Shown here: in pieces, positions 9,517 through 21,300 of the stretch
How positions within the stretch are numbered: position 1 is the first letter of the stretch
Layout of the letters: the number at the start of each line of letters is the position of its first letter
Source of the DNA: Bacteriovoracia bacterium
GTDB taxonomy: Bacteria; Bdellovibrionota; UBA1018; JBFWNL01
NCBI GenBank assembly: GCA_050251055.1
Contig: JBFWNL010000002.1
Coordinates: 465,927-529,926 of the forward strand
Length of the DNA stretch: 64,000 nucleotides
Reading direction: 5' to 3'
The notes under the pieces: model-generated
Database searches by the model: none
The model's input: the letters and a program-made list of their open reading frames with translations, nothing else
What the model was told of the DNA's origin: nothing
Made by a program: the position numbers and the translations under genes

Positions 9517-10169
9517 GCCGCCACGCGATTGCGCCCTTTTTTCTTAGCGACGTACAGCTTTTCATCCGCCAGCTTCAGGAGACGAGTGGCGTCGTAACGT
9601 TCACTAGGGGCACCGGGGATACTCCCCGTCGACGCCATGCCCACGCTCAGCGTGCACTTCCACGCAACTCTGCTCGAAGGTTTACCGTCCCGCTCGATCA
9701 CGGGGCCATGCAACTTTTCGCAACCACGACGGATCATCTCCGCTTTTCCCACGATTTCCGGGTCCGTACCCCGGATGGCCACGGCGAACTCTTCGCCCCC
9801 ATAACGTCCACTGATGCAGTCGGGGGATTCAAACTGCTTGAGCAACTCTCCTACTCGCTTCAGAACCTCGTCTCCGGTCTGGTGTCCATGAGTGTCGTTC
9901 ACCTGCTTGAAGTGATCGATGTCGATCATCAGAACCCCACAGTTCTGATTCACGCTCTCGCACTCTTTCAAAACTTCGTTCCACTTCGCAAAGAAGGAGC
10001 CTCTCCGCAGCAACCCGGTCAGCTCGTCAACGCCTTGGGCTCCTTCTAGTTTCCGGAGGACGAGGAGTATCTGGTGATAACTCGACTCAAGGGCAGTGAT
10101 TTCACCGTGGAGGTGTGAGAGGAGGTGGCGAATACCCTCAAGCCTCGTCTCCAGATACTCCTGGTCCAT
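9513..10169 (-). CDS. Diguanylate cyclase (GGDEF domain) with short N-terminal coiled coil
   Basis: DELTGL, DIDHFKQVNDTHGHQTGDEVL, RYGGEEF, ADEKLYVAK...GRN; GGAGG RBS. Confidence 0.92.
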   Translation of the reverse strand: MDQEYLETRLEGIRHLLSHLHGEITALESSYHQILLVLRKLEGAQGVDELTGLLRRGSFFAKWNEVLKECESVNQNCGVLMIDIDHFKQVNDTHGHQTGDEVLKRVGELLKQFESPDCISGRYGGEEFAVAIRGTDPEIVGKAEMIRRGCEKLHGPVIERDGKPSSRVAWKCTLSVGMASTGSIPGAPSERYDATRLLKLADEKLYVAKKKGRNRVAA

Positions 10170-10224
10170 GTCGTCCTCCGTTAGCTCGCTCGGCCCAATT
10201 GCCCAGCCAGCGAACTCCTACTAG

Positions 10225-10240
10225 AGCACGGCCGGTGCCA
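10225..10240 (-). promoter_or_regulatory. Sigma54 (-24/-12) promoter upstream of the diguanylate cyclase
   Basis: Minus strand TGGCACCGGCCGTGCT, exact GG-N10-GC spacing with TGGCAC, about 55 nt upstream of the ATG. Confidence 0.7.
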
Positions 10241-10338
10241 GACGAATGACGTGGATTTCACGAGGTTTTCGCGGGATTGGTGTCAGCGCTCGCTGGGGTC
10301 GGGGCCGACACAGTGAGGTGGGATAGCCCTAAGCGGGG

Positions 10339-11439
10339 CTAGCGGACGTTAGTCATCCAGCGTCCCATGGCGATGCGGGAGAGGCCGGCCATCTCCCGGC
10401 GGGAGACCAACGTCAGGGATCCGTTTGAGGAGTCGACCCGGTAGGTGTAGAGCACCGGTGTTTCCGTGCTGTATGTCCGTACGCTGTAAAGAAAGCGGCC
10501 TTCGGCGTCGATGACCGTGGAATTGGTGGTGCCGTAGCCGGTGCTAATCCGCAAGTCCTGGCGCTCGGTCAAAGAGCTCCCATCGAATTCTAAGACTTTC
10601 ATCTGATCTCCAAAACCGAGATAGATGAAGCGACCGTTAGGCGTCACCGCCGCGTTTCGGATGGATGCGACATAGTCAGTGGAGCCCAGGAAAGCCACTT
10701 GAGAAAAACGGGCTTCAGAATCGATCGCATAGACTCGCATCCCCGCGGTCAACGATCCCACGTAGAGATAAGTCTGAGAAGCGTTCATCGCGAGCCAATG
10801 CGTCGCGAAACTTTCCTCTTGCACCAAACTAAAGGTTCCGTCGTCGTAGTAGTGATAGGAGCGCAGGTTCACCGAGCTGCCCGAAAAAATATCGTTGGAG
10901 GTTTCTCGAAACGCGAGCGCGTGGGGGATATCCGCGAAGACGACGGGCGTGCCTCTTTGCGTGAGACTGCCGTTGGTACCCACGTCGTAGGCGCCGAAAC
11001 CCCTATTCATCCCGCTCTGGTAGCCCAGAAACACGATCTCGACGGTGGGGTGAAAGGCGAGAGGACTAAACAGGGAAGCCGATACATCGAAAGCGGCCGC
11101 GGGTCGGGCCGTGAAATCGGCGCTCGTGCTGAGATCTAGATACTGAACTCGCTTGGTCTCCGCCGAAGTCGTAGCCCCGTAAATCACTAAATGCGAGTAA
11201 GCGGGATGCAGGTACACGTTGTAAAAGAACTCCAAGTTCTGAAACCCCAGCAGCGTGGAAATATCGCCCGTGTCGCGATCAAGCTGGTAAGTTTCCGCCC
11301 GGTATTGGCTACCATCCGTTAAGAACGCGTACAACGTCGTGTGCGCCTGCACGGCCCGACGAAATCCGGCCGAACACGCGGTGCCCCCGATCCCCAGACA
11401 GACCGCGAGTATTCCGGCGATGCGCACGCTTCGATACAT
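10339..11439 (-). CDS. Beta-propeller lipoprotein (lactonase/YbhE-like fold)
   Basis: Lipobox-like GGTA-C; repeated blades (LAFHP, AVTPNGRFIY, IDAEGRFLY, VDSSNGSLTLV). Start at ATG 11439. Confidence 0.7.
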   Translation of the reverse strand: MYRSVRIAGILAVCLGIGGTACSAGFRRAVQAHTTLYAFLTDGSQYRAETYQLDRDTGDISTLLGFQNLEFFYNVYLHPAYSHLVIYGATTSAETKRVQYLDLSTSADFTARPAAAFDVSASLFSPLAFHPTVEIVFLGYQSGMNRGFGAYDVGTNGSLTQRGTPVVFADIPHALAFRETSNDIFSGSSVNLRSYHYYDDGTFSLVQEESFATHWLAMNASQTYLYVGSLTAGMRVYAIDSEARFSQVAFLGSTDYVASIRNAAVTPNGRFIYLGFGDQMKVLEFDGSSLTERQDLRISTGYGTTNSTVIDAEGRFLYSVRTYSTETPVLYTYRVDSSNGSLTLVSRREMAGLSRIAMGRWMTNVR

Positions 11440-11548
11440 CCGTAAATAGTAGCGTGGCCCACCTCGTAAATCCAACCGTCAATGGATTGTCGGCGGAAAA
11501 CCGAGACCACGGAATGCGTTTGGATAGTACAATGTCCTCGGAGGCCGA

Positions 11549-12775
11549 TTGTCTTCAATCCTCAAACCGTTCTTCGCCCTGAGTCTGACCTTGGCCGCCC
11601 TGGCTTGCGCGACGCCGATCGACCGCCGCCCGTCCGACGACCCGCCGGCGCGACCACCCCGCTTCCGCCCGGAAGATACGATCGCGCGCCTTCAAAAGGC
11701 TGGCACCCTGCGTGTAGCCGCGACGGCAGAAAAACTGGCCACATCGATCGAACTACCGGCCGGCACCCGCGTCGTGCGCCTCAATCCCGAAGGGGAAGTC
11801 CTCCTTCGCTGGAACGGTCAAATCCTCCACGGCCGGATCCCTCCCGACATTTTGGGCGGCTGGTCTTGGCCCGCTCACGTGCCCCCTGACTGGGAGATAT
11901 TCCGGCAGGAGGCCGAACTTCATCTTTACGTGCTCACCCTCGAAACGCGGGCATTCGCCAAGATGACGGAAAAAATTCGATCCCGCTTAGCGAAGCAGAA
12001 CGCGCGGCCGCGGGAGGCGGCTCAGGCCGCGTGGCTCCAGGCGCTGGAGCGGGTGAGGGCGCGGATCGCTAGCTCTGATCTCGATAAGCCCGGGAGCCTG
12101 GAAAAAGCGCAGACGGAAATCGGCAGCGCCCTGGGCCTAGACCTGGCGAGCGCGATCCTCGCCGTACCCATCTCCGAGTTTTGGCTCCTCACCCAACCCT
12201 CGCTGGGCGAAGCCCTGAAACGAGGCGAGTTCGATCCGCTGCGCTCCCACCTGCGGGGGAACTCCGGAGAAGGGGTTTCGACCCCAGCGGATCGGGCCGT
12301 GATTTTCCAGCAGCTTCTGCGGATACAGCGCCTAACTGAAGGCACGGCCGACGAGGGGGCAACTCCCGAGAGCATTTGGTTGCAAAGCTCGAACGCCGCG
12401 GATCGATCTAAAATCAAATCGATCGTGTTCATCCACGACGGGAGCTGGGAGCGCCACTCCGCCCCCCTTGCCCCGCGCATGTGGGCCGACTTCATCCCGA
12501 TCGATGCCGCCTTAGGCGCGCTTTCTGCCGATCCGATTTTTTCGATTCTCTTACATGAAATGAACGTAAATTCCTCCGATCCGCAGGTCTTGCCCCAGGA
12601 CTCGCACGGCTCGGCGGACTACGGACAAGCCGTGTGGGAATCCTCCCGGGAGGATTTAGACAAAGCCTTGGCCAAGCCCGAGGATCGACGCACCCTCTTC
12701 CAAATCAGGCCCGAGCTGAGCCTCGTTTACGTCGCGATGATCCTGCAGGAAATGGAAAACACGGAGCGCCGCTAA
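11549..12775 (+). CDS. Hypothetical lipoprotein
   Basis: 408-aa ORF, TTG start after GGAGG, signal peptide ending ALA-C. Confidence 0.65.
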   Translation: MSSILKPFFALSLTLAALACATPIDRRPSDDPPARPPRFRPEDTIARLQKAGTLRVAATAEKLATSIELPAGTRVVRLNPEGEVLLRWNGQILHGRIPPDILGGWSWPAHVPPDWEIFRQEAELHLYVLTLETRAFAKMTEKIRSRLAKQNARPREAAQAAWLQALERVRARIASSDLDKPGSLEKAQTEIGSALGLDLASAILAVPISEFWLLTQPSLGEALKRGEFDPLRSHLRGNSGEGVSTPADRAVIFQQLLRIQRLTEGTADEGATPESIWLQSSNAADRSKIKSIVFIHDGSWERHSAPLAPRMWADFIPIDAALGALSADPIFSILLHEMNVNSSDPQVLPQDSHGSADYGQAVWESSREDLDKALAKPEDRRTLFQIRPELSLVYVAMILQEMENTERR

Positions 12776-12779
12776 GCGA

Positions 12780-13496
12780 ATGAACCGTCGCAGCCTCATC
12801 GTCCTGACGATCCTCGGTGTCACCTACGCCGCGATCATTTCCTGGCGGCCCGACCTTCTGGATCCCGAGCCGGAAATGGACTGGCTGCTCGGCGCGATCT
12901 GGCTCGGTCTGACGCTGGCTTGTATCTATCGCGTGGAATGGCGGAATTTCACTAAGCTCCTGGTAGCGGGATTCCTGGGCGGCGCCCTGATCGAATGGTG
13001 GGGAACGACCAATCAGATCTGGGACTACTACACGCACGAAAAACCCCCGCTCTGGATCATTCCCTGCTGGCCGGTTTCGGCGCTTGCTTTCGATCGGATG
13101 CTCGCCTTTTTCGATCCCGGCGAAGCACGCATGCGGAAGATCGAAAAACTCTATTGGCTTTGCGTTCCCGGCTACGCGCTTTACATGACGGGATTTGCCT
13201 GGCCCTTTCGCCACGCCATTTCTACCTGGGGCATGTTCGCCATTCTTTATTCGGTGGCGTTTCTCAAACCCCGCCCGGCCCACGACCTGGGGGTTTTCCT
13301 CATTGGGTCGCTCTATGGTTGGGTGATGGAGTACTGGGGAACGTCGAACTACATCTGGACTTACTACACTTACGAGACGCCGCCCGCCGCGGCCGCCATG
13401 GCCCATGGCTTCGCCGCGGTCTTCTTCGCCCGCGTGGTGCGAGTCTTTGAATGGCTAGTTATCTATTTGAAATCAAAGCAGAAACAAATAAATTGA
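12780..13496 (+). CDS. Integral membrane protein with internal duplication
   Basis: Multiple TM helices; two homologous halves, EWWGTTNQIWDYYTHEKPP and EYWGTSNYIWTYYTYETPP. Confidence 0.75.
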   Translation: MNRRSLIVLTILGVTYAAIISWRPDLLDPEPEMDWLLGAIWLGLTLACIYRVEWRNFTKLLVAGFLGGALIEWWGTTNQIWDYYTHEKPPLWIIPCWPVSALAFDRMLAFFDPGEARMRKIEKLYWLCVPGYALYMTGFAWPFRHAISTWGMFAILYSVAFLKPRPAHDLGVFLIGSLYGWVMEYWGTSNYIWTYYTYETPPAAAAMAHGFAAVFFARVVRVFEWLVIYLKSKQKQIN

Positions 13497-13582
13497 TCAA
13501 TTCAGTCCGATTATGCTCTAATTAAAGAACGGGTAAAAAGGGAAGGTCAGAACGCGGCCCGGCCGCAAAAGCATGAGGGTTT

Positions 13583-13657
13583 ATGCTGACTTTCCTGATC
13601 GTGCTCGGACTCACCACCGGTAGTTTTCTCCTCTATCTATTGGACGCGCCCGCTTAA
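13583..13657 (+). CDS. Small hydrophobic protein, 24 aa (not in the ORF track)
   Basis: GAGGG RBS then MLTFLIVLGLTTGSFLLYLLDAPA*; single TM-like segment in intergenic space. Confidence 0.45.
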   Translation: MLTFLIVLGLTTGSFLLYLLDAPA

Positions 13658-13682
13658 GCGGAAACCCATGTACAATCGGGCC

Positions 13683-14366
13683 ATGCTTTTACCGGCCCAA
13701 TCCCGAGAAGGAATTCCTTGGCGCGAATACGCCTGGCCGGCCCTGCTCATCGCCATTCCTCTCTCGCTCGTTCTGGAGATTAGCCTTAAACTCTACGGCC
13801 TGACGTTGCGACGAGCCCCGACTCCGGCGGCGAACGTGCCTCGAAACGCCATCGTTTTTCTCTTTCACGGCGACATTTACTGCAGCGTCTTTCAAGATTA
13901 CGGTGCCCGTGAGTTCGGCGTCGGCACTTTCTTAGGCGCGCACTCCTTCCTCTCTTACGTCTGGATATGGCGCACCTATTGGATGGGCTACGGAGTTCTG
14001 CGATACGACCGACGCCGACAGACCGCGAAGCTAATTCCTTGGATTGTCGACTATATGAATCGGCACGCATCCTTGCCTTTCGCCTTGCGCACCGACTCGG
14101 GCGGTCCTTACGGAAAAGTGAGGGGTTCTATAGTGGATCTGGCACGAGCGACGAACCGGCCCGTCGTCGGGGCACGCCAGCTCGCCGACCGAGCTTGGGT
14201 AGTGCGCAGCCACGCGCTGCCGCTACCCTTCGCCCGACTTCAAACACGCGTCACCGTGCCGATTTTTCCCGCCGAATTAGAAGGACTGAGCCGCGAGGAC
14301 GCGATGCGGAAACTCCAGATCGCGATGGACGCTTTGGCTTCCGAGCCAGGCAACACCAAAAAATAA
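13683..14366 (+). CDS. DUF374 / lysophospholipid-acyltransferase-like protein
   Basis: N-terminal TM, FLFHGDI, TDSGGPYGKVRGSIVDLARATNRPVV and LPLPFAR resemble DUF374-type LPLAT motifs. Start 13683 (alternative 13668). Confidence 0.6.
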   Translation: MLLPAQSREGIPWREYAWPALLIAIPLSLVLEISLKLYGLTLRRAPTPAANVPRNAIVFLFHGDIYCSVFQDYGAREFGVGTFLGAHSFLSYVWIWRTYWMGYGVLRYDRRRQTAKLIPWIVDYMNRHASLPFALRTDSGGPYGKVRGSIVDLARATNRPVVGARQLADRAWVVRSHALPLPFARLQTRVTVPIFPAELEGLSREDAMRKLQIAMDALASEPGNTKK

Positions 14367-14398
14367 AACGGCCGGTCCCCCTTGCGAGCGACCGGCCG
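14358..14398 (-). terminator. Intrinsic terminator of the sigma54-activator operon
   Basis: Stem CGGCCGGTC / GACCGGCCG followed on the minus strand by TTTTATTTTTT. Confidence 0.7.
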
Positions 14399-14425
14399 CC
14401 GAATGAAACCAAATAAGAAGGATGA

Positions 14426-15910
<1,485 letters not shown>

Positions 15911-15955
15911 TCGTTTCTCCTTCTTTCTCTAGCTAACTGACTCTCTTTTCTAAAC

Positions 15956-17245
15956 CTAAACCGTTTCCCTAAAATCCACGGGCAGCCGGACGCGAAACTC
16001 CGCCCCCTTGCCCAACTCGCTCTCGACCACGATCGTGCCCTGGATCTTGTTCAAGATTCCGTAACTGAGGCTCAGGCCCAATCCCATCCCCTTGCCCACT
16101 TCCTTCGTGGAGAAGAACGGATTAAAGGCCTTGGACTTGGTCATTTCGCTCATGCCCACGCCGTCGTCGCGGAACGCGACTTCTACGAATTTTCCCACCC
16201 GGCGCGTCTTGATCTCAAGCTTGCCGCGGCCCCGCTTAGTGGATTCGATGGCGTCGCGCGCATTAGTGGCGAGGTTGATAAAGATCTGCTCGAGCTGGAC
16301 CGGGTTGGCGTAGATTTCCGGCACATTGGCGTCGAAATCCTTCACGACTTCGATCCCGCGCGAAGCGAACTGTCGGTTCATGAGCTTCAACGTTTCTTCG
16401 ATCGCCGTATGGACGTGGGTCATCTCGAGGCCTTCCACGGACTTGCGCGTAAACGAGCGAAGGTACTGAATGATCTTGGCCATCTTATCCACGGCGGCGA
16501 TGATTTCCTTGAGCGAAACCTCGACCATCGGGGTCTCAGGCTTACCCTGGATCAAGGGCACGATGAGATCCGTCAGCTCCTGTGCGTAACCGCGCACGCC
16601 CTGCAGGGGCTGATTGAGCTCGTGGGCGATGCCGGCGGCTAACTCCCCGAGCGCGGCCATCTTGCCGGCCTGCACGAGGGTGTCCTGCATCGACTTGAGC
16701 TCCAGGTTGGACTTTTCGAGCTGATAATACGCATTTTTGAGCTCGGCGTGCTTCGTGATGAGCTCGCGCTCAAGACTCTTCTTTTCGGTCACGTCGCGAA
16801 TCAGCGCGAAGAAGAGCGGCTGGCCCGAATTACTGACGTGGCGGACGCTGAGCTCCACCAAGCGTACGTAGCCGTCCTTACGCAAAAGTGCGACGTCCTC
16901 GTAGGTGCCGGGGGTCGCGAAGACCTCGGCCGTGAGCGCACGGGCCCGGCTCGGGATGTGGTGAACTTCGGGGTTAGGAACTAGGATGCTGACGTTCTGG
17001 CCGTCGAGCTCGGCCTCTATGTAGCCCGTCACCTCTTCGAAGGCGCGGTTCAAGTCGTCGATGCGGCCGTCGGGCAAGACGGTGATGATGGCGTCAGAAG
17101 CTTGCTCGAACAGGATCTGGTACTTCGTCGCGACCTCGTCGACGGCGCGCGTGATCGGGATTGCCTGACCGGGCGTGGCCCCACCCGAGGTCCCGGCGAC
17201 CTCTTCGACTACGCGTAATTTCTGTTTTGACTTAGCGGACGGCAC
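15956..17245 (-). CDS. Cytoplasmic PAS sensor histidine kinase (NtrB-like)
   Basis: PAS (ASDAIITV...LNRAFEEVTGY), H-box AGIAHELNQPL, N-box NLATNARDA, DDGVGM, FFSTKEVGKGMGLGLS; no TM segment. Confidence 0.93.
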   Translation of the reverse strand: MPSAKSKQKLRVVEEVAGTSGGATPGQAIPITRAVDEVATKYQILFEQASDAIITVLPDGRIDDLNRAFEEVTGYIEAELDGQNVSILVPNPEVHHIPSRARALTAEVFATPGTYEDVALLRKDGYVRLVELSVRHVSNSGQPLFFALIRDVTEKKSLERELITKHAELKNAYYQLEKSNLELKSMQDTLVQAGKMAALGELAAGIAHELNQPLQGVRGYAQELTDLIVPLIQGKPETPMVEVSLKEIIAAVDKMAKIIQYLRSFTRKSVEGLEMTHVHTAIEETLKLMNRQFASRGIEVVKDFDANVPEIYANPVQLEQIFINLATNARDAIESTKRGRGKLEIKTRRVGKFVEVAFRDDGVGMSEMTKSKAFNPFFSTKEVGKGMGLGLSLSYGILNKIQGTIVVESELGKGAEFRVRLPVDFRETV

Positions 17246-18125
17246 TCAGGAACGCCCCTGCCCTTTCCATGTCTTTCAAAAACTGCTCTTCGATTTTGGG
17301 GATATCGTCGTGCTGAAGGCCCAGCGGCTCGTACATATCCCGCGTCACCACGCCCTTCGACCAATCGCCCGACTTGCCCACCTTGTTCTTCACGCAAAGC
17401 GTGTTGGCGAGACGGACCATCTGGATCACCGGCTTTTCTGAAGCCAGGATCGTCGACATTTCGCTTACATCAATGTGGTGATAGCGAATCGCGCTACGGA
17501 TCACCTGGGGTAGGCCCCACTTCGCCGCGATCACCTCGCCCAAATAGGAATGGCCCGGCAGTTCGTATTCTTTTTCCACTTCAACAAAGGTGCACTCGCG
17601 CTTCACCGTCGCGCCCATGATGGCCATCAAGCGCTTCTTGTCGATCTCATGCAGCACGAGCTTACCGATGTCGTGCAGAAGCCCACAGGTGAAGGCCGTC
17701 TCCGGACGCACGTGGCCCAGGCGTTTGGCCAGAAGCTCGCTACACACGGCGGTGCCCAGCGCATGCTTCCAGAAATCCAGCATGGAAAGCTCCGCGCCCT
17801 CGATCTCTTGGAAGAGGGAGAACACGGACAGGCCTAGGATCAGCTGGGCGATGGTATTAAAACCCAGATAGGCCAGCGCGCGCTGCACGTCCGCGCAGCC
17901 GCCGGGAATGGCGTAATACGAGGAATTCGCCAGGCGGAGGATCTTCGCGGTAAGGACCTGGTCTTTTTTCAATAGCGCGGCGATATCACCGCTGGAAGAC
18001 GTAGGGTCGTTAATCAACTCGTTCACCTTCATGGCTACGATCGGCAACGTCGGGATATCTTGCAGCTTCGCCAAAAGCTCGGTGTACTCGGCATTGCTTT
18101 TCGGGGCGGATGCGGGCAGCGCCAT
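17232..18125 (-). CDS. HDOD domain protein
   Basis: IPTLP, DQVLTAKILRLANSSYY, FWKHA, GLLHDIGK, WGLP...IRYHH; AGGAG RBS. Confidence 0.92.
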   Translation of the reverse strand: MALPASAPKSNAEYTELLAKLQDIPTLPIVAMKVNELINDPTSSSGDIAALLKKDQVLTAKILRLANSSYYAIPGGCADVQRALAYLGFNTIAQLILGLSVFSLFQEIEGAELSMLDFWKHALGTAVCSELLAKRLGHVRPETAFTCGLLHDIGKLVLHEIDKKRLMAIMGATVKRECTFVEVEKEYELPGHSYLGEVIAAKWGLPQVIRSAIRYHHIDVSEMSTILASEKPVIQMVRLANTLCVKNKVGKSGDWSKGVVTRDMYEPLGLQHDDIPKIEEQFLKDMERAGAFLSAVR

Positions 18126-18165
18126 TCAAGTCTCCTGTTTCGCTTCGAGGGAGTGACCTCTCTGC

Positions 18166-18192
18166 TAATCGGACACATGTGTCGGTTTCTGA
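18166..18192 (-). promoter_or_regulatory. Putative sigma28 (FliA) promoter of the HDOD-kinase-regulator operon
   Basis: TCAG-N15-TCCGATTA on the minus strand, against the consensus TAAA-N15-GCCGATAA. Confidence 0.5.
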
Positions 18193-18396
18193 AATGATTT
18201 CGAACTCGCTCCCGATTCACCTAGCGTTCCGCGGGGAGCCCACAAATGACGTTACTGACCCAGTATAACGCGACACATCAATACCTGACAAATTTATTTT
18301 AATAAACTAAATAAGTTTATGTATCTAAAATAAATAACCCGAAATAACCTATCTTTCTTGTCACCAAATCCTGTCCAGGTTATGACGCAATGCGAT

Positions 18397-21300
18397 ATGG
18401 ATTTCTCTGGGTTCTCTTTCCTCCAATTTGTGGTCGGAATCTGCCTTTCTTTGGCTTCCATAGCCCCCACGTGGGCAGCCGAGAACCCTAATCCGTCGGC
18501 CTCCTTCACCTCCCCTTTAGCCATGGGCGTTGGCCATGCCTGTGTGATCACCGAAGCCGGCCTAAAGTGCTGGGGCCCGAATAACGCCTTTGGCCAGCAA
18601 AACGTGCCCCCGAATTTAGGCACGCCCTTCGCCGTCGCCGCCGGCGACTATCACACCTGTACAATCGTGCACGACCTCGCCTACTGCTGGGGCAAGAACG
18701 ACAATGGCCAACGCGACGTCCCTGACGACTTGCCAGCGCCGGTGATGGAAATCGCGGCCGGCTACCAACACACCTGCGCGATCGCCGCCAACCAGGTTCA
18801 CTGCTGGGCGAAGGAATACAAGAACGGCCAGGCCTCCCCCGAGCATAAGTTCGCGGATGAGTACCAAAGCGGGGGCTTTAAGAATCCCCGGGGATTAGTG
18901 GCCGGCGAAGATCACACGTGCGTAATTACCGATACCGGTGTGCGGTGCTGGGGCCTCGATAGCGCGGGCCAGGCTTCGCCTCCGAAGGACCTCCCCCCGG
19001 CGCTCATGCTCGCGGCCGGCGCCCAACATACTTGCGCGCTCCTTGCCGAAACCAAGGCAATTCGGTGTTGGGGGAAAGTGATCGGCGGCCCGCTGGAGCC
19101 CGAAGCCGGCCTCGTCAATCCACGCGCGATTTTCGCCGGCAAACAACACACCTGCGCGCAAACCGACGATGGACTGCGGTGCTGGGGCGCCGATATCCCT
19201 GGCGTCCTGAGCGTACCGCCGCAATTTCCCAAGCATATCTACGGGGCCTCCGGCGGCTGGAAAAACACCTGCGTGGCCCTACGCGCGAACGTTCACTGCT
19301 GGGGCAAGGATAAAGATGCTTTCAACCGCGCCTATCCCGGCGGAATCCCGCTCGCCGACCTGGCGCCTTACGCCAGCTTGGGCGCGGCTCGTAACTCGGA
19401 GAAAAACTCCACCGAAAGCGTGTTCGCCGAAGAGATCACCCTGAAAAACCCACGCTACCCGGGCACCGATAAATTCTTCCTGCACCCAAGCCAATTCAAC
19501 AATCCCGAACGCCCCCTGACGGCCAACGGGATCTGCAAAGTCCTGGGATACGAAAAAGCCACGTCCGCCGGCGCGAAGTCCTCCTCCTTTTATGGCAAGG
19601 CCTATTCCGTCGACGACAACGGCGAACTCGTCGCCTATCACAGCAACTCGCTCACGGTCAGCTACATCACCTGCCAGAATCTGCTTCGCAAAAATCCGGT
19701 GGGCAAGCTCGCCCGCATAGAAAATCCGAAGTATCCCGGCCAAGACCTGCCCTTTACCGCCTTAGGCGGATCGAATCCCGCCACGGCCGAAAACGGCGTA
19801 TGCCGCCTCCTGGGTTTCGCACGCGCCCTGAAGTTCAGCTCCCAACCCGATACGTCCGCCAACCTCCTCGGCGCCGTGATAAGTGAAACCGGTGAGCTAG
19901 TGGGAGTGCGCAATCAAAACGCCATCAAGGAACTGGTTTGTATCGACCCGTCCCCCGCGGCGCCTCCCGAAGAAATTTTCAGCCTTAAGGACCCCAAAGT
20001 ACCTGGAACCCAGCTTCCGTTCCGAAGTGGAATCTCGGGCCCGCAAGAACATGGAGTTTGCAAAGCCTTGGGCTACGAAAGCGCGGTCATCGGTAGCGCC
20101 AGCGGTTCGGGAAACGCAGGCCAAGGCGTGACTCCCGACGAACAGGGAAAACTCGTGGAGTTAACCAACAACGTCTATCCGATCTCCCAAATCATCTGCA
20201 AAAAACGCCTCGAGAACCTCCGGCTTCCGGCGGTAACCCAAGTGGACAATCCGCTCCACCCTGGAGTGAAGCTGCCCTTTTTATTGACCGGACAGGCGTG
20301 GGACGAATCGGCGATCTGCAGGGCGATGGGTTTCGAGTACGGCGTCCGACGCTCGGCGACTTCGTCAGGCCCGGCGGCGGCTTATTCCGTTTACCTCGAC
20401 CAAGAGGCGCGAGTGAGCCACTTGGGCGTGAACGCGAACCCCGTCGGCAAGGTCCTTTGCGTGAACGCGCGCCCGGGCGGGGAGAGCCAGGAAAACGGCG
20501 AATGGGTAAACGACCCGGTCTACCCGGGTACGTCGTACGCCTTTGGCATGCAGGACAAAAACAACATGGGCCAACCATCGGAGAAGGGCACCTGCCGTCT
20601 TCTCGGTTATGAACGCGCGGCGCGTGGATCGGGAGGTCCGAACGCCAACGGCCTCGGCCCGGCCTTATTCGTGGACGAGGAAGGGAAAATCACCCAAGGC
20701 GGATCGGCCAGCTACCGGCTCGGTAAGATTTTTTGCCTGAATCCTTCGACGCCAACGCCGCCCGAAGCGGTCGCCGAGTTAAAGGACCCGGTCCACCCCG
20801 GCTTCAACCTCCCCTTCGCGAACAGCCCCTACGGCCAGCAAGACCTCCCGTCGGGAATTTGCAAATCGCTCGGATACGAGCGCGGCGTGAATTTTTCCGC
20901 GGTCGCCAACGGAAAACCCGCGCAGGCAATTCTGGTCGACAACTCTGGACAGCTGGCCTCCGTGGTCACCAACCAAAACCTGGTCTCCCAAGTGATCTGC
21001 CTGAATCGTTTGACCGAATTTAAGATGCAAAACGGACGCTACATCAATGTGCCAACTTACCCGGGAACTACCTACGCTTTCGGGTATTCCAATATCTCGG
21101 GGGGCGGTCCATTTCCGAGCGACGGCATCTGCCGCCTGCTGGGTTACTCCAAATCGGCCGCGCACCTCACTCAATCGGGTCCAAGCACCCCAAGCCCGGT
21201 GGTTTATGTAAATCCCGAAGGCAAGCTCACGCAAGCAAGCCCTGCCTCCACAAGAATCGAAAATGTCTTTTGCCTGGATAAAACCGAAGCCCTCGCCCCC

